In this document: in pieces, positions 60,979-64,000 of the stretch
Layout: each line of letters begins with the position of its first letter
Numbering within the stretch: position 1 is the stretch's first letter
Assembly: GCA_965603725.1 (NCBI GenBank)
Contig: CBFDEC010000012.1
Coordinates: forward strand, 8,097-72,096
Length of the DNA: 64,000 bases
Direction: 5' to 3'
Origin: an uncultured bacterium
GTDB taxonomy: Bacteria > Zixibacteria > MSB-5A5 > UBA10806 > 4484-95
The notes under the pieces: generated by a model
Told to the model about the DNA's origin: nothing
The model's input: the letters and a program-made list of their open reading frames with translations, nothing else
Database searches by the model: none
Translations under genes and position numbers: made by a program

Positions 60979-62340
60979 ATGTATAATCCACACGAAACAA
61001 TATGTGCAATATCTACACCCCCGGGTGAATCGGCTTTGGCTGTAATCAGGCTCTCGGGAAAAGAGTCAAAGTCGATTGTAGAAAAATTCTTTAAGGGAAC
61101 TGATCTGTTAGAAAGAAAAGCGACCTTTGGCGAGCTCGTTGACGGGCGGGGTGATGTTGTCGACGAGGTTGTTGTCATCTGGTATAAAGCTCCCAAAAGC
61201 TATACAGCCGAGGAAATGGTTGAGATAATATGTCATGGCGGCTATGTTGTATCACAGCAGGTGTTATCGTTGCTCTGTCGGTCGGGAGCCAGGCTGGCGC
61301 AACCCGGTGAGTTTACTCTTCGCGCTTTTCTAAATGGCCGAATCGATTTAACAGAAGCCGAGGCGGTAAATTCAATCATCAGGGCTAAATCATCGAAAGC
61401 AAAAAAGCTCGCCTTTTACAATCTCGAAGGGAGATTGAAAGCTAAGCTGGAAGAGATCAATTCACGTCTGTTTGAGCTTATAACCATACTCGAGGCCGAA
61501 ATAGATTTCGCCGACGAGGAGATAACAAAGCTGGATGGCCGGGAAACCGGATCAAAGATCGAGGAAATAGAAGGTCTCATCAAGGAGGTAAAATCAACCT
61601 ATGATATGGGCAGGATCTCCGAGGGCAGGGTACAGATAGCCATAGTAGGAGCTCCGAACGTCGGTAAGTCAAGCCTGTTTAACGCAATGCTTAAAGCAGA
61701 CCGGGCGATTGTGACCGCAACGCCTGGTACAACCCGAGACTATCTGTCCGAGCATGTCGATATTGGCGGATATCCTGTCATATTGACAGATACGGCAGGA
61801 ATCAGAACGGCTGATGAGTCCGTGGAAATCATCGGCATTGATAGAACAAGAGAATTAATTGATAACGTGGATTTATGCATACATGTTCTGGATGAAACTC
61901 GACCATTAAATGAGGATGACTGGAAAATAGCGAGCGTTCTCGAAAACAGGGATTATGTTCTGGCTATCAATAAGATTGATCTTCAAAATAATCAGATTGA
62001 CGGGAACGATAGTATTGTCACGTCTTGTAACCCATTACGTCTATCGGCTTTAACCGGCGATGGCATCTCGAATCTCTATGTTGAACTCAATAATAAGCTG
62101 TTGAACAGGATGCCTGAACCCAACGAGGGTGTGCTGCTGTCCCAAAGGCAGTATGATTGTGCGCAGAAAGCCGCAGAGGCGATTGATAAAGCCAGAGAAG
62201 TTTTATTAAATAATGAATCTGTTGAAATCCTGGTAAGTATCCTTCGTGAGGCACTGGAACATATCGGCGAACTCACCGGCAGAATAACAAGCGAGGATAT
62301 TTTAAACAATATCTTTTCAAGGTTTTGTATAGGCAAATGA
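60979..62340 (+). CDS. mnmE: tRNA modification GTPase
   Basis: TICAISTPPG, PGEFTLRAFLNGRIDL, GAPNVGKSSL, PGTTRD, DTAGIR, NKID, FSRFCIGK. Confidence 0.97.
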   Translation: MYNPHETICAISTPPGESALAVIRLSGKESKSIVEKFFKGTDLLERKATFGELVDGRGDVVDEVVVIWYKAPKSYTAEEMVEIICHGGYVVSQQVLSLLCRSGARLAQPGEFTLRAFLNGRIDLTEAEAVNSIIRAKSSKAKKLAFYNLEGRLKAKLEEINSRLFELITILEAEIDFADEEITKLDGRETGSKIEEIEGLIKEVKSTYDMGRISEGRVQIAIVGAPNVGKSSLFNAMLKADRAIVTATPGTTRDYLSEHVDIGGYPVILTDTAGIRTADESVEIIGIDRTRELIDNVDLCIHVLDETRPLNEDDWKIASVLENRDYVLAINKIDLQNNQIDGNDSIVTSCNPLRLSALTGDGISNLYVELNNKLLNRMPEPNEGVLLSQRQYDCAQKAAEAIDKAREVLLNNESVEILVSILREALEHIGELTGRITSEDILNNIFSRFCIGK

Positions 62341-62371
62341 TTCTTACTATAATATTAAATTGAAATTTAAT

Positions 62372-62452
62372 GTTCGGTCAGGTCGTAGCAAAGCGTGACC
62401 TGACCGCATATAAGCGCTGTCAGGTCACACCCTTGCGGACACGACCCGACAG
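62372..62452. repeat. Pair of REP-like hairpins
   Basis: cggtcaggtcg-tagcaaagcg-tgacctgaccg and ctgtcaggtc...gacccgacag. Confidence 0.6.
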
Positions 62453-62557
62453 AACTTTGAACTGAGAAAGATTGAGAGATTTAAGATTTAATAGAAATGA
62501 ATATGTTTAAGAATATCGATTATCCTATTCCTGTCGTACGACTCGTATGAGACGAGT

Positions 62558-62607
62558 TGTTGACAAATCTTGGCACAAATTCCACAGTTATCAACAGGAT
62601 TTCCACA
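62558..62607. promoter_or_regulatory. Cluster of DnaA-box-like 9-mers
   Basis: tgttgacaa (62558), aattccaca (62578), ttatcaaca (62588), atttccaca (62599). Confidence 0.55.
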
Positions 62608-64000
62608 TGGTCTATGATATTATTGTAATTGGCGGCGGTCATGCTGGTTGCGAAGCGGCACTGGCTGGCGCAAGGCTTGGTCTGGCAACGGCTTTGGTCA
62701 CCCTCGATAAAAATCGCATCGCCCAGATGAGCTGTAATCCGGCAATCGGCGGTCTGGCTAAAGGGCAACTGGTACGGGAAATCGACGCTCTTGGCGGTGA
62801 AATGGGCTACTGCACCGATATGACCGGTATCCAGTTTCGATTGCTGAACCGAAGCAAGGGGCCCGCAGTCCGGTCTCATCGCGCCCAGGTTGACCGCAAA
62901 GCCTACCGTGAATTCATGACAAATACAATCGGCAATCAAGCCAAGCTTGAAATCATCGAGGATGAAGCTGTAGATATAGTCGTTGAATGTAATGTCTGCA
63001 AGGGGGTCGTTACCGTTTCACGTGAAACACTTTATGCTAAGGCGGTCATTTTGACCGCCGGAACGTTTCTCAACGGCTTGATTCATATCGGTAATAACAA
63101 AATTCCAGCAGGTAGAATCGATGAGAAACCCTCAAGGGGCTTGACAGAATCGCTGGTAAAACTCGGAATTGAATCGGGCAGGCTCAAAACGGGAACGCCG
63201 CCTCGTCTCAATGGCGCTACTATCGACTTTTCAAAATGCATTCCTCAAGATGGAGATCAGCCGCCACCGTTTTTTTCAAACCGGTCAAATCGTGGTGATC
63301 TGACACAGATTCAATGTCATTTAACCTATTCTAACGAAAAAACTCATGCAATTTTACTCGAAAACTTGAATAAGTCGGCTCTTTTCAGCGGCGCTATAAA
63401 CGGAATCGGTCCGCGGTATTGCCCATCCATAGAGGATAAGATCGTTCGTTTCCGCGATCGGAATCGTCATCAACTGTTCTTAGAGCCTGAGGGACTCGAT
63501 ACAACGGAGTATTACCTTAACGGCTTTTCATCCTCAATGCCGGAGGATGTTCAGTTAAGAGCGGCCCGCACAATCAGAGGGCTCGAAAAAGTGGAATTCA
63601 ACAAGCCGGCCTATGCAATTGAGTACGATTTTTTCCCGCCGCATCAGCTTAGGCCGACCCTTGAATCGAAAATTATCAAAAACCTTTATTTTGCCGGCCA
63701 GGTTAACGGTACCTCGGGGTATGAGGAGGCGGCCGCCCAAGGGCTGATGGCTTCGATTAACGTTGTTAATGAAAATCGTCGTGAAAAACCGGTTGTTCTG
63801 AACCGTTCTCAGGCGTACATCGGAGTCTTAATCGATGATCTTGTAACGAAATCGACCGACGAACCATACAGGATGTTTACCTCGAGAGCGGAATACCGCC
63901 TGTTTCTACGTGAGGATAACGCCGAAGACAGGTTAAGCGATATCGGCTACAGTGTTGGGCTGATATCCGGAAAGGTCAGGGAAAATATCTATAACGAGAG
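62607..64000 (+). CDS. mnmG: tRNA uridine 5-carboxymethylaminomethyl modification enzyme, runs off the window
   Basis: Manual translation: MVYDIIVIGGGHAGCEAA...MSCNPAIGGLAKGQLVREIDALGG...GRLKTGTPPR...GPRYCPSIEDK...AGQVNGTSGYEEAAAQG. Confidence 0.97.
   Translation, partial: MVYDIIVIGGGHAGCEAALAGARLGLATALVTLDKNRIAQMSCNPAIGGLAKGQLVREIDALGGEMGYCTDMTGIQFRLLNRSKGPAVRSHRAQVDRKAYREFMTNTIGNQAKLEIIEDEAVDIVVECNVCKGVVTVSRETLYAKAVILTAGTFLNGLIHIGNNKIPAGRIDEKPSRGLTESLVKLGIESGRLKTGTPPRLNGATIDFSKCIPQDGDQPPPFFSNRSNRGDLTQIQCHLTYSNEKTHAILLENLNKSALFSGAINGIGPRYCPSIEDKIVRFRDRNRHQLFLEPEGLDTTEYYLNGFSSSMPEDVQLRAARTIRGLEKVEFNKPAYAIEYDFFPPHQLRPTLESKIIKNLYFAGQVNGTSGYEEAAAQGLMASINVVNENRREKPVVLNRSQAYIGVLIDDLVTKSTDEPYRMFTSRAEYRLFLREDNAEDRLSDIGYSVGLISGKVRENIYNE

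Noticed and set aside
62520-63740. Minus-strand ORFs 62520-62939 and 63555-63740
   Set aside because: Antisense to mnmG.

Overview
Bacterial chromosomal window. An FCB-superphylum organism, possibly Zixibacteria-like, is inferred from the C-terminal 'QNYPNPFNPTT...FlgD-Ig' sorting domain. Layout: (1) 1-8 kb, mixed housekeeping and accessory genes (peptidase E, Fic, PutP, ferredoxin, NYN, Smr, ZIP transporter, frameshifted SDR). (2) 8.3-13.7 kb, rmlDBCA dTDP-rhamnose genes with a near-identical second rmlA bracketing an AT-rich gene. (3) 13.9-38.1 kb, a large surface-glycan locus: pseudaminic-acid pathway with a formyltransferase in the PseH position, a second cytidylyltransferase/oxidoreductase/aminotransferase module, Wzy/Wzx/Wzz, MBOAT and GT4s, ending in a sensor-less MCP-like gene, with recurrent sigma28-like promoters. 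(4) A DUF3800 RNase-H-fold gene plus a compact 3-way-junction RNA, bracketed by 110-bp direct repeats, upstream of coaBC. (5) coaBC-udg-dnaB-mlaEF-mreB, GH57/mlaD, a secreted transglutaminase and a large S8 protease with a sigma54-type promoter. (6) A 2.8-kb AT-rich island bracketed by 153-bp direct repeats upstream of rpmH-rnpA-yidD-yidC-mnmE-mnmG, with a DnaA-box cluster before mnmG. Many REP-like palindromes occupy intergenic spaces. No tRNA, rRNA, CRISPR array, integrase or transposase was seen. All family calls come from motif recognition by eye, not database searches.
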